A DNA stretch of 64,000 nt from Daphnia carinata (GCF_022539665.2 NC_081333.1:2356001-2420000), one strand, 5' to 3'; positions 27,894 to 42,512 are shown, counted from the first letter of the stretch. The notes: a model not told the origin generated them from the sequence alone. Made by a program: numbers and translations.

Positions 27894-30029
27894 GCTCAAC
27901 TGGTTCACCGTCTGTCTATGCTATGCGTGTATTTCACTGGGAAAAGTATGTCAACCAGAATAAACAGACTGCCAGTGAAAGAGACAATGAGAACACATTG
28001 TGGTCTGTCTGATGATTTCTATAGAATTTTTTCCTTCTTAAGAGGAATTGTCAATGGGAATGTTGCCAGTGGCACAAATAGGGTCAAGTTGAAGTCTAAT
28101 AATTCCATTCATCCCCGTAAGACCCGGTTACGTTTTGATTGAACCCATTTCATTTATTCAAAAAGGACGGCCTAAGACGACCATTATCTAGTCGGTTAAG
28201 TATAATTCCCTTCCCACGAGAAAGATGATCAAATTCAACGCATTTTCCTGTCTTATTCACGAACGTTTTCACGTAGAGAACGCGGACAGTGAATTCGTGA
28301 TGGATTAAGGCACGTGCTCCAGTCAGTTAGAACGCAGTAAACAGGAACGTAGAGACGATGTGTCGGCAGCGTCAAAAGTCTGCTATTGACATGTGGATCA
28401 ATCTAGGAAAGAGTAACACCCGTGTTCAGGCAACTCGTGTCCCATCAGCTCAATAAGATTATTGATAAGATCTCATGTCACGTAGCGGTGGGTAAGGTTC
28501 AGGTTTTCAAAGTCACGTCTGCCAAGCATCCCAACAAACCGAGAAACAATACGTTTGCGAGAATATACAGGTAACTATTGGAATCGGATGCTTCCGGCTG
28601 CAGAGGGAAGCCTCTCGAATTTGATTAAGAATTTGAGATATCCTTGTTGTACAGAACGCTACAAAAATACGTTATAAAACGTAAGATAACATCTGATTAT
28701 CTTACATCGCTGAATGCAATTGTCACACAGGGCAATTCAATCATCTAAAAAGCGGAAACGTTCTCTTGCAAGCCGTTGCTTAGTGATGATGGCGTCCACC
28801 ATCGGGAGCGGGAGGTAGGAAGATAGTTGAGATGAAAAGGTAGTAAAGCAAATCTCTAACGACACGTGAACTTGCGTCTCGTGTTCGCATACCCTTTTTT
28901 GTGCTGATCCGGTCATTGTTCGTTATTGTGCTCCGCCAAGTTTAGTGACAAAGATTGGCCAGATCGATGTCTACATCCTTTTGAATGGCGACATATTGTC
29001 TAATATACCCTATTCATGGCTGGAATCGCGCAGTGGGACGAAACTCTTTGTCGAGAATAAGTATAATCGTCATTTCAACTTTCTCTGTTTGCTCTACTTC
29101 ATTTGATTTCCTGCATCGGTAAAAGATTACGTTCTCCTTTACATCGGAGAACTCTCTTTTGTGCTTTCGGCACACAAAACAATTTTGAATCTTTCATTTC
29201 GGAATGATGCTGGATTGCAAGGCAGTATGTCAAGAGTCTCTCCATTACAGTCCGGAGTAAAATCCGTTTAGACTGAAGTTCGTTATGTTGAGTTTGCTAT
29301 CAAACACGGTTGTGGCCGACTAAAAAAGAGAAAACCTTCAAGGACAACTATTACTAGATGGACGGCTAATTAGGGCATGTATTTCGTCTTTTGTCGGAAT
29401 AATTCGTTTTCATCCGGTTGTTTGCATTCCCGTGTTGTTGTTTTTTAAGAAATGTGTTCTACATTTATTGTTGTGTCTCAGTTGGTTTCTTGTCCTTGAG
29501 TGTCACCGAACAGGATAAAGAACTCTCTATTGTCCGTTGGCTGGTTTTTGCGGACTCGTAAGTGAACGGACAAGGGCAAGGAGTCCAGCAGTGCCACATG
29601 CACAATTGTTCTCTACGGCTGCAGCAGCCCAAATAAATCAGCTTCCATGAACTTTTTCTTTTCTAGGCCGCTTTCTGTACATGAATTTTTGGACGATAAC
29701 AACCACAGAGGATTGTTTATGTTTGCCATTACAACGACAATGTTTATGCAAACCCATAACTATTCATTATACAGCATATTTCTAGGATGCCCTGTCCAAG
29801 TTAACGGGAATAATGTGATAGCGAATCAGCATTAGAATCCAAATAAGGGGAAACCTTACTTGGCCCTTGGACTTAACTTGACCAACGCAGCCACTTTGAA
29901 TTCGAATAACTCACAAACTATAAGTCCCCAAGAAAAGTCAACTTGATTTTCGTCATTCTCGTTCAATTCTGAATTTAAATAATATATTTTTATATTAATA
30001 TGCAAAGAAAAAAATAAATAAATAAAAAG

Positions 30030-30070
30030 TCGGGTTTATTTTGTCGGGCTTGTTTTATCGGGCTTATTTT
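30030..30070. repeat. Three imperfect copies of a ~14-nt unit TCGGG(C/T)TT(A/G)TTTT
   Basis: tcgggtttatttt g tcgggcttgtttt a tcgggcttatttt. Confidence 0.6.
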
Positions 30071-32815
30071 TTTTTTTTAAGTTTTTTTACTCAAACGAAA
30101 TTTTGGTAATTCCTTCAGAAAAAGAAAGCAGTGGATTCAAGGATAACTGTAGAACATAATTTTTAGCCTTTTTTACTGGGCAATTTTCTTAAATTTTAGA
30201 GCTCATGGACATTTTTGTTTTTCTCGCAAACCGGATCTCCAGAATCGCACAGGGCGTTGCCTTTGGTTGTGTGACGTACGTTAAACCTGACTTTGCGTTG
30301 TTAACACCACATTCTTGTTGTCTCTATCGATGGACTTCTGCGAAACTTCTCAGTACGCAGTAGAAGTTCGTTGGCATCTTATGTTGGTCTGTAACGCTAA
30401 CGCATCGATAAGAATGGGTTGTCTTTATTTTATAAAATTCCCGCATTAATGCAATCGCACTAAACTCTTCAAAATTCCCCTCCACAGCAGGAATCTGTGG
30501 TTTCTATGGCGTTGTGCAACATCAAGCGCAACGGAAGCGTTTGATATTTTTCGCAGTACGTTTCGTACCTATGGCATCTTTGACTAACTGTAACAGGTTT
30601 AATGAAGCGCGTTCAACGGGGGAAAAATAGAAGCAAGAACAAAAATACCAGACGATCCTCAAGTTAAAATAAACCATGTTACAAACGTACTCGATGTTAG
30701 CGGCATAATTTTTTGAAACCAAACATGCACTATTGAAACTCAATGAAATAACTTGAACAAATAATTGGCCTAAAGTTTGAGGCTAAGGTAAACACGGCTG
30801 TATTAGCGATAAAGGCTTTTGTTTTAAGTGTAAGAAAACATAGATTTTGCTTAAAAAATCGAGCCGTGAGTGACCGCTGAAACGTCTGTGGACTGGCGGC
30901 AACTCAGAAATCCGACTGAGGAGTCAAAGAAGACGTTGGGTGCTTCCGGAACGTACGTTGGCATTGTATACTCCGGATCCTGCGTCATAACGTGAGAGAT
31001 TGATACCATCTACAATACTTTGTGTCAGTGATGGTTGCCAAAAATAGCATCTAATTATTCTACGACGTGTTCGAGTGTTGCCCTTGAACCCTCAACAGAA
31101 CAAATAATCGACTGTTTCAGCCAGAGTTCGTTGCGTACAAGTATCCGTGGCCATGAATTCCAAACAAGCAATTGTTTTTATTGTCAATGCAAATGTTTAC
31201 TGCCGCCTTTTTTTTTTAAATCGTCAATATAATGTATGCTGTTTGCCATTAATGTGCAAACTTGGTTAATTTCCAGCTTTTCCACGTTGCATCTGCTGAT
31301 ACCTTGTTGGTCTGGGCAATAAAAGAAGATTAACTCAATGGGATGCCAGAAGCGGCGGCTTTATGGTTTCCAATACATGTACGGTTTGATCGTTTATGGT
31401 TATTGGCTCTCACTTTATCACGCAAGTACTCGCCCACTTTGCACGGAAGTAATTGGAAGGAAGCCGTCTACGCCACCACAAGTCCAGGCAAGAGACCATC
31501 CATAAAGAATGTTTAATGATCGGCTTGTTACGACATTTCTATGAAAATCGATGATAACGTCGTAAAATAACACGGGGAAAACCCTGAAAATGAACTTGGA
31601 TGTACCCATCTCACTCCACCCTGGTGTGCACGTCCTTTTCAACCTACCCATTTTTTTTTAAATAGGAAAAATAAAGAGACTGTTGTCCTCCAACAGAAAG
31701 AAATAAGCACCATAAGGTTACAAGCAACAATAATCTTAAAATATTTCAGCGCTCACCAAGCACCTAGAGCCCTCGGGTCACCAGGAACTAAACAATCCCA
31801 CAGTACCACTTTCACCGGCACTTGTGGATGCTGTTTCCATTTTTTTTTGGTGGAAGAGTACATGGAACCCATAGCTATAATAGCTATAATAGCTTTTTAT
31901 TGTAACAATTCATGTTGTCTTGGTGACGTTGTTTTCTGGTTGTCACACGCAACCCGTGTTAATTCAAATCGTGCTCCACGACTCGTGTGGACTCAGCCGA
32001 CATTTGCCAGCATATTCGAAGGCATTAAGATAAATCGATAACACTATGGCGCATCGTCTATATTACGTCGCAATTTTGAATAAAGAAGTCGATAGATCAT
32101 TGGCTTTCGAACGTGTCTATGAGGATATTTAATTTTTAGTTGAGGAAACAATAAGAGAGCCTTTGCATCTCAAGCAGATCGGCAAACAAAGAACAGAGCG
32201 AGACAACCCCATGTCACGTTCCAATGGATAAACTTGGAACCTGGCATGTCGACATCGTGAGTCCCGAGCGGTACAAACGACGTTAATGCTTTTTATGTCC
32301 TACTTTGAATTGGAAATAATGGTAACTTATCGCACAGCACGTACGTTGCTCAAGTGATTTGAACGTCGGGGGATTTATGTCGGATCAAAGTGTTTCTCTT
32401 AAATGGGACTTAAATATGATCCCCGTATGAAATTTCAGAACCCATTAAAACGGGTGCATTCCCAAAACAAACTCCGCTAATATACTTCCTATAAACGTGA
32501 TAGCTTTGTTTGATATAACACAAACATATAATATGTATATATGTATTAAGTCGAAAAGGATTCATCACATTTGAGTACAAGGAACAACCACGGAATACCG
32601 TGCTTATATACACAACGATATAATTGCATCAAAGATCATAGGAAACATGACGCTTTATCGGACTAGTTATAACAAAGAATAAACTGTAGAGTATTAGACT
32701 TCAATGAAAGGTCAAATCAAAATAGACTTGTTTGTTATAAACACATGAGATTCACCACAAACATGGCGTAAACTACACCCATTCGTTTTCCATATCCACA
32801 TTAGATTTCTGGTCC

Positions 32816-33506
32816 TCATTCTGGGGAGGTTGGCTGGTCGGAATCATCACTAGCCGAAGCGGAATATCGATCCGGATGAGCAAGCTCTAGAAACAGTTTG
32901 GATTGCAAAAAACGTAGATAAGAATCACGTTCCATCATGTATTTGATTCGCTTCTGGGCTAGGTCAAACGCGTGTTGATCAGGGTTACTCGATTGGACAT
33001 TTGTCCATGTTATTAGCCTCGTTTCTGCATCCAGATTCACCTGTCCAATCGTCAAGGAGATGAACGAGGGCGTTAAGTGAATATAAACATCCAATTTGGG
33101 ATCGATGTGTTTCTAAGGTAACAGCGTACCTCTTTTGAAGCTTCTACAGCCACAAAGTCATTGTAAATTTGCTGGGCTTTAACGGTCATCTTTTGAGGTT
33201 TTGAATTCCTGTAGTCTTCAACGGCCAACCAAAAATCTAGATTTTCAGTGCTAAATTCACGGAGTAAAAAGGCTCGGTAAAGTGAGCACCCATCTGAAAA
33301 AGAGATTCAAATTGTATTTAACAACAGAGACGAACGAATTGCACAATCGTGTGAGGCTCACATTTAGACGACACGAGAGCGGTGAAAGACTCCGTCCATA
33401 CCTGTGCCTCCTCCGGTTGGGGTCTGACGGATAAGGGTGAATCTGAAGCCCGTCTTCGTAGGAATCGAGATTTTAAGCTAATCAATCGCATTTCTACACT
33501 CGCCAT
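32816..33506 (-). CDS. RGS paralog c (~177 aa)
   Basis: Coding exons 33506-33362, 33293-33130, 33040-32816 with a complete RGS box ([24 protein letters not shown]). The start could be MASV or the downstream MRL. Confidence 0.9.
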
Positions 33507-33808
33507 AAAATAGTCGACAGTTGTTATACATATCGAAATGTAAAGTATTATTCCGTTACCTTATACAGTATATTGGGCGATGGGCGGCATAAAACCTTAA
33601 TAAAGACTTAACGTCGTGTAATCTCTTGTTTTCACCTAACGTATCAGATGTACCATATCTGATAAATGAAACAGCTCGCGTGAGAGTCAAACTCTTCGGT
33701 GCACCTGAACGAAGGTACTAGACATTCTGAAGAGTGAAATCGTGTGGCGAATCGTATTTATGTACCAGCCGATCGGGAAAAAAGCAAGAGGCTGGTACTG
33801 CTTCCTGC

Positions 33809-33818
33809 TGCGCGCGCG
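33809..33818. promoter_or_regulatory. TGCGCGCGCG element upstream of RGS-c
   Basis: Shared with the paralogs, about 50 bp from a TATA-like TACATAAA (minus strand, ~33757). Confidence 0.55.
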
Positions 33819-36761
33819 TGAATATCCTATTCCGGGTAGGACATTGTGTGCATACGTGTTTAAGAATATATGTGATACCTGCACATAAATCATTTTCTCT
33901 TTAACTCTATAAATAGTGGCTATTATTCTTTCAAAGGAAAAAGGTGCGAGGGAACTAAGGTGTTACAGGATCATCAGACATGGACGAAACAGTTGCATCC
34001 GTTTTGTCTTATTCAATCAAAAGTAAACTTAATAATTAGACCAAGGCAGACCAAACAAAAACGGCTTTACCGCCCTGATAACATGTCAATGTCGCTAGGC
34101 AACTGGAAATGCTATTTCGGCGGGATCATAAATAAGATCATAGAGCCGTGTTGCTATACGTTCTCCCTTCCACACAAGAGACGATTTTGATAGGTGTTGC
34201 TATACATACACGTGAGGTCAATAAATCGTGTACACTCTGTTTTTGAACGCATAGTCTACCGAGGTCGTACCTATTGTCCAGTCTGACCTGTGTACTATAC
34301 TCAAAGATATTTTCATCTACTGGCCTCATCGATAGAGGTTCTAGTTATGGCAATACAAGCTTGCGTGTTCTTTCCCTGAATACAAACAAAAAACAGGTGC
34401 CTTTTCTTCTTTATTTGCTATTTCAAATGCAACTCCATCTCAAGTTTGATTCATTGTACTTATCGCTCAGTTATTTGTTTAGTGCTTACCAACAATATGC
34501 TGCCATCCTTTGGCTATTTTAGAATAGGCACGATTTACATACGAATATTTGCACAGCTGGATTAAGAAAGCTACGTCAAAGTTTGAAGTCCGTGACATCG
34601 ACCAAGAAGCAAGAGATTTAACGGTAAAAATAATTTTCATGACGTACGATAAGGATAACAGAAGGGATGTTATTTGCAGTCGTTTTGCGCAACACCCACG
34701 TATTCCTCTGCAGTTCGTGATAATAACATGCAGTCGCACGCTTTGTACATATAGTCTCTACTATAATATTGCACTGCCGTGGAGCTACCGTTTTGGGAAA
34801 TCCAGACATCAGTTCACAAGACGTGGATGTCATTCTCTCGTAAACTTGAAAATATGCAGACATAAATCTCCGTTCAGGAAGGTCACGGCCAAATGTTGGC
34901 ATCAGCCGGATCACGATGGATTGAGACATTAATGGACGTTCAATTATTGTGTCACGTCTATTTCTTTATTGGGAATTTTAGTATTTTTCTTAATGGCTGT
35001 TACCACCGACGCGACGTTCCTGACGCTGAATTCGCGTCAGTTAGTCAACTACTTTTGCTTCTACTCACCATCCCACTACATCATGAGCCGAATTACAAGT
35101 TGCTAATCAGAGGGCCTCAGTTTCTACGCTTTCCTTTTCGTTGGAAAGAATTAACTCGCAAGTAAACTTGATCTCTCGAACGTCATTGCAGGCCGCACGT
35201 AGACACATTGTTATGTAATTTTTCGTCACTACAGGCTTATACTGCGGATGGTGAACGACTTATTGATCGTAAAGAAAAAGCTCTTGTTCGTCGGAATCTC
35301 TTCTTTTTTTCACTTTAGTGTGGCATCCATTAAACCCTGCAACCTTTTACGAACGACGTAATCGTCTGCGTGCTGCACGACTAATATCGGCGGTTTGAGA
35401 CTCGTGTCAAGGGTCTCGAGGTTTCACAAATCGTTTCTAAAGGGGAATCTATGGAACACGCACCACATTTCGATCGATCATTCCCGACTACCTTCGAATA
35501 GTCGAGAAAGAGGAAACTGGAAGTACTCTGCACTTTGTAACTCTTTGTTTGCCATATTGTCTTTCCTTACGTCATCATTGTACTGCACGATCACCAGTAT
35601 GAATATCGAAGATTGTCTTGACGATCGTGTAAAATGAATTTTGTTTTTTGTATTGCGCATTATTGTAAAACGTGACACCTGTGCGTCATATTAAACCATC
35701 GATTGGGACTTGATGGTTCTGTGTTAGTTGGTTAGCTACAGTTTTTATTGTGGCTTGATGTTACAAATAAATTGTCCCCGATGGCCGGCAGTCAGCAACC
35801 TCAATGAACTCTACTTTTTATTTTCAAGGGTTATTCACTTGATTGCGGTCAGTGAGAAAACTTAGTCTCTCGCCTATCTAAGGGTTTCACGACCGCTTAT
35901 TGGCCGGTTATACCGCGAGGCGGGTAATAAAACACATTCAAAGCAAATTGAATGGCAGAGTGATCCCAGACGATCCCTCCAGATTTAGCGACACACGGCA
36001 AACGTTATCGCAATGGATTATTCCCTTTGATCAGCAAATGAACGGTGCTTCCTTAATTCATGCACCTTGCTATTTGCGTGATTTTAGTTTCTCTTTCATA
36101 GCAATGCGCGCTATTTTTAGCGTGCAATAAGGAATGTAAATTTAGACGACTCCCACGTCATCCGTCATTAACATGCGGTCGACGTGTCGGGTGTCTTGTA
36201 ATTAAAGAGCGGAGTGTGTTCCAACTTTGCCATTGAAAATTCGATCGATATTCCCGTGGAATCAACGAACGTTCTCCCGACTTCGTCTCAATAGTGTGTT
36301 CATGGCAGCTGGACCGTGATAACTAGCTCAAGATAAATCTGGAAATTTCCATATCTATAACTCTCAGCTCTTCAATGAAAAAGATTTCCAATTATAATAC
36401 TGAAATAAACGTCATTTATTTACAACCAATATTTTATACAGTGATTGAAAGAAGCTAAGGGAATCCACCATTTCGATGGAACCCTTTTTCATTGCCTCAA
36501 AGTTCATGGAGACGAGAAAACAAAAAATCAAAGTTTATGGGACTAGAACAAACATAAAAGAGATCTAGGTTACATTGTACGAAATCCCTTTTTCTTTTTT
36601 TACTTAAATATAGGAGGAAAAATGTGACAAGAGAACTTTTTAGAACGGTCTACATCAACGTCCCGCACAAACTTGGAAAGGTTTTTCTGGGAGGGTGGGC
36701 GATGTAACCCAAGAGTAGGCCGTATTGCGATTATGTTTTTTTTTTTTTTTGTGTATTATCA

Positions 36762-37721
36762 TCACGCTGGCGAAGACTTTTCTGTTACGTCACCGATGGA
36801 CTCCGAATATCGCTCCGGGTGGGCTAGTTCAAGAAAGAGATTCGACTGGAGGAAACGCAGGTAAGAATCGCGTTCCATCATGTGCTGGACTCGCTTCTGG
36901 GCTCGATCAAACGCGTGTTCGTCCGGATTATTCGATTGGACGTTGTTCAGCGTGATAAGTCTTGTCTCCGCATCAAGATTTATCTTTAAAAAAAAATAAA
37001 TACAAACAATAAATATATGACGTCAAAACTAAATCGCAGAAGATGAGGGACACACCTCCTTAGCAGCCTGGACAGCGACAAAGTCATTGTAAATCTGTTG
37101 AGCCTTAGCAGCCATCTTTTGGGGCTTAGAATTCTTGTAATCTTCAACGGCTAGCCAAAATTCCAGATTCTCGTTGCTGAATTCTCGAAGCAAAAACGCG
37201 TGATAAAGAGAAGATCCATCTGGAAGGAAACAGGCAAGAAAAGAAATTGATGAACTCGCACGTTCAAGCATCTGCGTGAGCTTCGTGAGCATCAATTTGT
37301 GCAGGGAATGCTTAGCTATTCAACTTACATTTGGATGCCATAAGAGCAGTGAAGGATTCCGACCACTTTTGCGCTTCCTCCGGTTGTGGCCTCACAGACA
37401 AAGGTGAATCTGGCATCCTTCGTCGTAGGAACCCAGATTTCAAATTCAAGAGACGCATTTCAGTTCTAAAATTATCGAGTAAAAGATTATTAAATCACCA
37501 GCTAATGATGAATTTCAAGTGCCCAGAGGCCGAGTAATGAAAACTAACCGTTTGAAATACGTGGAACACAATTTGGATGGTTGGCAGTCACTGGCGTTGC
37601 AACTTTTCCGGGCAACTGGCACTCCAGCAACGTGTGGAAAACGACACGAAACGAGCAAATGTTTTACGTTCAACGCGCTACACAACCGGTTCTCACAGCC
37701 GATATCACTCGCCTTGACCAT
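36762..37721 (-). CDS. RGS paralog d (~231 aa)
   Basis: Exons 37721-37549, 37465-37329, 37219-37056, 36983-36762 in continuous frame. Cys-rich N-terminal exon followed by a complete RGS box. Confidence 0.9.
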
Positions 37722-37853
37722 ATCTCGTTCGGAAACGAAATACAGCAACTCAAAATTCTAGAAAAACGAAGAAAATGAGAGACGGGAGAGCTGCTCTCTG
37801 ACACGTACCGAAGAGAACGAAATTCTGGGTGGTGAACTCGGTCCGTTCTCTTG

Positions 37854-37954
37854 TTTATATATCCCCCGCAAGCAAAGTGAGGGTCGTAGATTGTGGCTCG
37901 CTGAAATGCAACATATTCGTTTTGGGGCTCGACATGTTTTGTGCTGCGCGCGCA
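37854..37954 (-). promoter_or_regulatory. RGS-d core promoter: TATATAAA plus TGCGCGCGCA
   Basis: TATA at ~37854-37861 (minus strand) and the palindrome at 37945-37954. Confidence 0.6.
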
Positions 37955-40780
37955 TGTGATCAGAACATAAGGTAGCACAACGAGTGTCCGCGCATTATTT
38001 CTATTTTACATTTTCTGTTTTTTTTTTTTTTGTTTTTTTGTTTTGTTTTTTTACATAGGACACGATAGCCAGCTTCTTGTTAACTGTTTACGTTATTCGG
38101 GTTGAATGACTTAGCAAGGAAATGCGTTAATCGCTCCCGATGTTTCGACAGTAAAAAACAAGAACATTCGATTCGATATTCGATCGTATCCCCTTGGCCA
38201 CGTCGATTCGCCGTATCAGACAGGCAATTTTTTTGTGCCAAGAAAAGTTGGAGATGAATCGGCAATAAATGCCAAACACTGCAGAAACTGACGTGAGCAT
38301 TTACTGAAACGTAGTTGTTTTCAAAGCCAGAACAGTAACCTCAGAACTATTCCATGATGTTGAGTTTCTTGTCGGACGACATTTAATCTATACGAGAATA
38401 CGGGGAATCATGATTATCAAACATTCAAAATGTGGATAACTTGCTAGCCGGTTGTCCGTGTGTCACGATAATCCGCACAACGGACAAGTGACGCACAAAC
38501 GCTGAAAATGCGAAACACCAGGCGACATGCAACTACCATCGAAACTGGATCGTCCTACGAAACGAAGTGAAAACATCAGACGATGGAAAGAAACACACTA
38601 TTATTAGCCATGCGATACAATCGAGCAGGTTCTGATGAACGCGTGCCGAACGCTCACGTGTACCGAATTTGCATACCAATTTTGCAAATAATCCGATCTA
38701 AAAATCGCAGGAGTTTCAACTTCCCACCAGAAATAGAATCCTGTTTGATCGATTTCACGGTTTACAGCGTTCCCCTCGTGTTCTCTCATCTTGATTGTTG
38801 ATTGTGTGTGAGACAAACATAGTCGTTAACCAAGGCTCGTTTAAAAATTTGGCTCAGAGAACCTCTTGTCGCTTTTGAACTCAATCATCCACGAAACAAC
38901 GTCAGGCTGCATAGTCCTCGGGTTCAATGTAATGCAACAACACATAAAAACTCTAAAGTAAGTCTCACTCTAAAGCGCATTCGCAATCGAATCGGAAGAA
39001 AGTGATACTTAACTCCAGCAGCGCAAGACGAGGCTCACTGCTCGCTTCGGTAGCTCACCGTTAAAAAATGAAAAATTCCAGCGACGAAGGAAACCAGTTT
39101 TCCAAAAAGCTATGTCTAATATAGATGTGTAAATGGATGCACTCTAAACTTGAAATGTATCACATAAGGTCACATCTAATTTGCAGTTTTACTAATGCTC
39201 CCAACTTTTTGATAATGAAGTGGATGTTGCTGTTTGACTTGTTTTGTCCCGGGTCTTCGGAAAAAATGCTACAGTCACGCTTCAAGTTTTTGTGTGTGTG
39301 TGTTATCACACGTGCCCAGTGCGCGTTGTTGCACGAACGACTATATTCAAGGACATTTATTTGCATTGTAAAAACGTAGCAAGAAATCTACCGAATGTCA
39401 CGTAACAGACGAAAATAGCAACGGCTCTACGCTAAACACTTGTCATCGAAACATCGATTTCAATGACAATAGTCCTCGGCTAGAATATAAAATTTGAATA
39501 TCAACTTGAATATGGATAATGGATGCGAACGCGCTGATGGTGAGCGTAAAATGTCACGTGGACGGGACACGTGACGCCTGTTAAAATCCTTCATTTCTTT
39601 ATTGTCATCACTTGTTAGACATTTTAATTATCGTTTCAGCTTCGAAAATCTACTGGGAAATGGCTTTTTCTTCATGTGAATTTCTTACGTTTCCTTTTTA
39701 CCGCAAAATCAACCTCGTAGCGCGTCACGAAACAAATAGGGTGTAACCAAAAACAACTTTTCGTTTTTTGTTTATCGGACAGGAAATAAAACCATTTTGA
39801 TTTGGTCTTAATGCAAGGTTTCGTTCAATTGCTCGTATCTATCAGCTGGATGGTGATTTACTATCGAGAGGATATCAATGCGTGTCGATGTCTGTTGTAC
39901 TGCACACGCACAATCAAATAACAGGCTAACTGGTTCCAGATTGAATTATGCACGACGGGATGTGCGAGAGTTGCGAGAGTCGTAATTCATAAAGTAAAAC
40001 GATGGAAAGTGAAAGAGTAAATGGCTTTCTTTGTTTTCTCCAAATGGACGTGTCATGCGGTTGAAGTAAAAAGTTCTAATTGAATACTTTCAGTACGTCC
40101 GTCATACTTTGCGACCTGGTCGGTTGTCCAGTTTTCTATTTCTCTCCAATAGCCTGGAGTGGCAAGTGAGATCGGACCTAGATCGTTCTCGTCGCCCGAT
40201 AGTATAGCTTGTGTGCAATCAACATCCAAAGAGCACTCGCTTTTAAAATTACACGGCCCTTTCTAAAGTCTAATGTTACCATGGACGGAGTAAAAAAAAC
40301 AAAATGACCGAACTGACTCAACGACAACAATGAAACTCTATGACTTTTTCAAGTGTTTCTATGGAGCGACTAACAACCTCTTGTTCGACGAATGACGTCA
40401 AACTCGCGTTGTCTTCAATGTTCCTTCACTACGACTCATCCGCATTTCTTTTATCTTCCATTTTACAAGATAACGATCGTTTTTTTTTTTTTTACAAGCG
40501 CAGTTCTCCTTTTTATATTATTTCACTTTCCTAGAACGTTTCTGGATATTTCTTCCGCCCTTTTTTTAGTTATTTTTAGATCGATTTAAGAAAAAGAATA
40601 TTTTGCAAAAAAACATTAAGTGCAAAACTCTTGTGCGGGCGTATCGATGTGAATTGCATTATAGCTCGATTAGCTCTTTCAGTAACAGTGAGTGTTGGCA
40701 AACGGGAAACGATGTAGCACACATCCCTTCAAATTCGCATGGTCTATAAATAGCATTCGTTCAAGAAACTTTGGGCAGCG

Positions 40781-41138
40781 ATGAAGGTCTTCACTGTGTT
40801 GGCCCTAACTTTTTGTAAACAAATTTCATGGGGCTGGCTGTTGACGATCAAAGATTCCCTTCGAATGTTTCATATCATATCTTCTGAAAGAAGTCGATGA
40901 AATGGAGTGTAATTTTTTTCTTGCACGAACCATTTACCTCATGACTACAGACGTTGACGTCATTGATGATATACCTTTACAAATTGGGCACCGTCGAAGT
41001 GCAAAAGAACCCGTGACCGAACGGAGAAGCTCTTGTGCTCTTTTGGGTACCTCTATTGAAAATTGCAAAGACGGCCGACAGGGCCAACGAGAACGACATA
41101 AAGTTTATCACGGCAATTTATTTTATTTTCGTTTTTGA
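40781..41138 (+). CDS. Possible small secreted peptide precursor (73 aa, 2 exons), or a pseudogene
   Basis: TATAAA at 40745. Exon 40781-40814 (MKVFTVLALTF) splices in phase 1 to 40951-41138. Dibasic RR sites and a Cys pair. Confidence 0.3.
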
Positions 41139-41830
41139 CGTCACGCTTTTTTAAAGCATAAAGACAATATGGCTCTGAAGCTCGAAATTGATTGCCATGC
41201 TGTTGTGGTTAGACTTCTGTATTGGTTGCGTCTTCCCATGTACACTGAGAGAAAGTTTCAATGCATTCCTTCTTTATTGGTTCATTTTATTGTTCCATGT
41301 CATTACGTAGTCAATTTAGTGCATACAGTACGTTTTATGAAATAATGTGACCATTTGTTTAAAAAAAAGTAGATATCACTGTACGATCAGTATCAAAATA
41401 GAGATAACAACAATAGAAGAATTGAGGTCCACTGACCACCACGGTTTCTTTTATCAAAGGGCATTAAACAAATCAATTTTTACCTAACTTAATTCTGAAT
41501 GAAGATTTCAATAACATTACTGAAAGGAAACGGCTCTTTGGTAGCGTTTCACAGACACAGATAAGAGATTGGCAAGAGGAACCATCCGTTTCAGAAACGG
41601 ACTAGAATTTCACAGAAAAACATGGATATTTCTAGAAAATATAATTCAAACAAGCAACGTTAGAAAAAGTAGAAAAACAAATTCGACGCCGACTAATATC
41701 ACAGTGTGCGAGAGCTAAACAATTTCACATCGAATGTGAGGGACGGTGCCTTACGAAAATCATTCCAGCCATCCTGGTAAAGCCTTCCGTTTGTACAGTT
41801 ACACATCGGGTGCTGGTGATTTTCTTGTTT

Positions 41831-42512
41831 TTATAGAACTGACGAAGAGACGTTTGTACCGCAGCCGGTTGATGTTGGACATTGGCTCGTTTGAACGAGT
41901 TCAAGAAAGAGTTCAGACTGGAGAAAACGTAGGTAAGAGTCTCGCTCCATCATGTGCTGGATGCGTCTTTGGGCTCGATCGAATGCGTGCTGATCTGGAT
42001 TGTTAGACTGAACATTATTCAATGTGATGAGTCTCGTTTCGGAATCGAGATTGACCTATGGATAGGAAGAGAAATGGAGTTAAGTACAAAATACATTCTA
42101 AGAGCTAAGGTTCAAATGGCAATCAGATCGAATAAGATAACGCACCTCTTTGGATGACTGGACAGCGACAAAGTCATTGTAAATTTGTTGAGCCTTAGCA
42201 GCCATCTTTTGGGGTTTAGAATTCCTGTATTCTTCAACGGCCAGCCAAAATTCCAGATTCTCGTTGCTGAATTCTCGTAGTAAGAATGCGCGATAAAGAG
42301 AAGATCCGTCTGGAGAAAAGAAAGAGCGAATTGTTTTAATTTAAGGTATACACGTTAGTTGTTAAAGTAAGAAATGACTTACATTTGGATGCCATAAGCG
42401 CAGTAAATGATTCTGCCCATTTTTGCGCTTCTTGCGGCTGTGGTCTGGCCGACAAGGGCGAGTCTGGAGCCCTCCGCCTTAAAAATCCAGCTTTCAAGTT
42501 CAACAGCCTCAT
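41831..42512 (-). CDS. RGS paralog e (~172 aa)
   Basis: Coding exons 42512-42383, 42309-42146, 42055-41831 with a complete RGS box. The upstream exon carries a 52-aa ORF (42774-42616) ending in TAG at the donor. Confidence 0.9.

Noticed and set aside
35900..36130. AGYTARRV peptide reminiscent of P-element/THAP9 transposase
   Set aside because: A single short motif with no other transposase features or TIRs.
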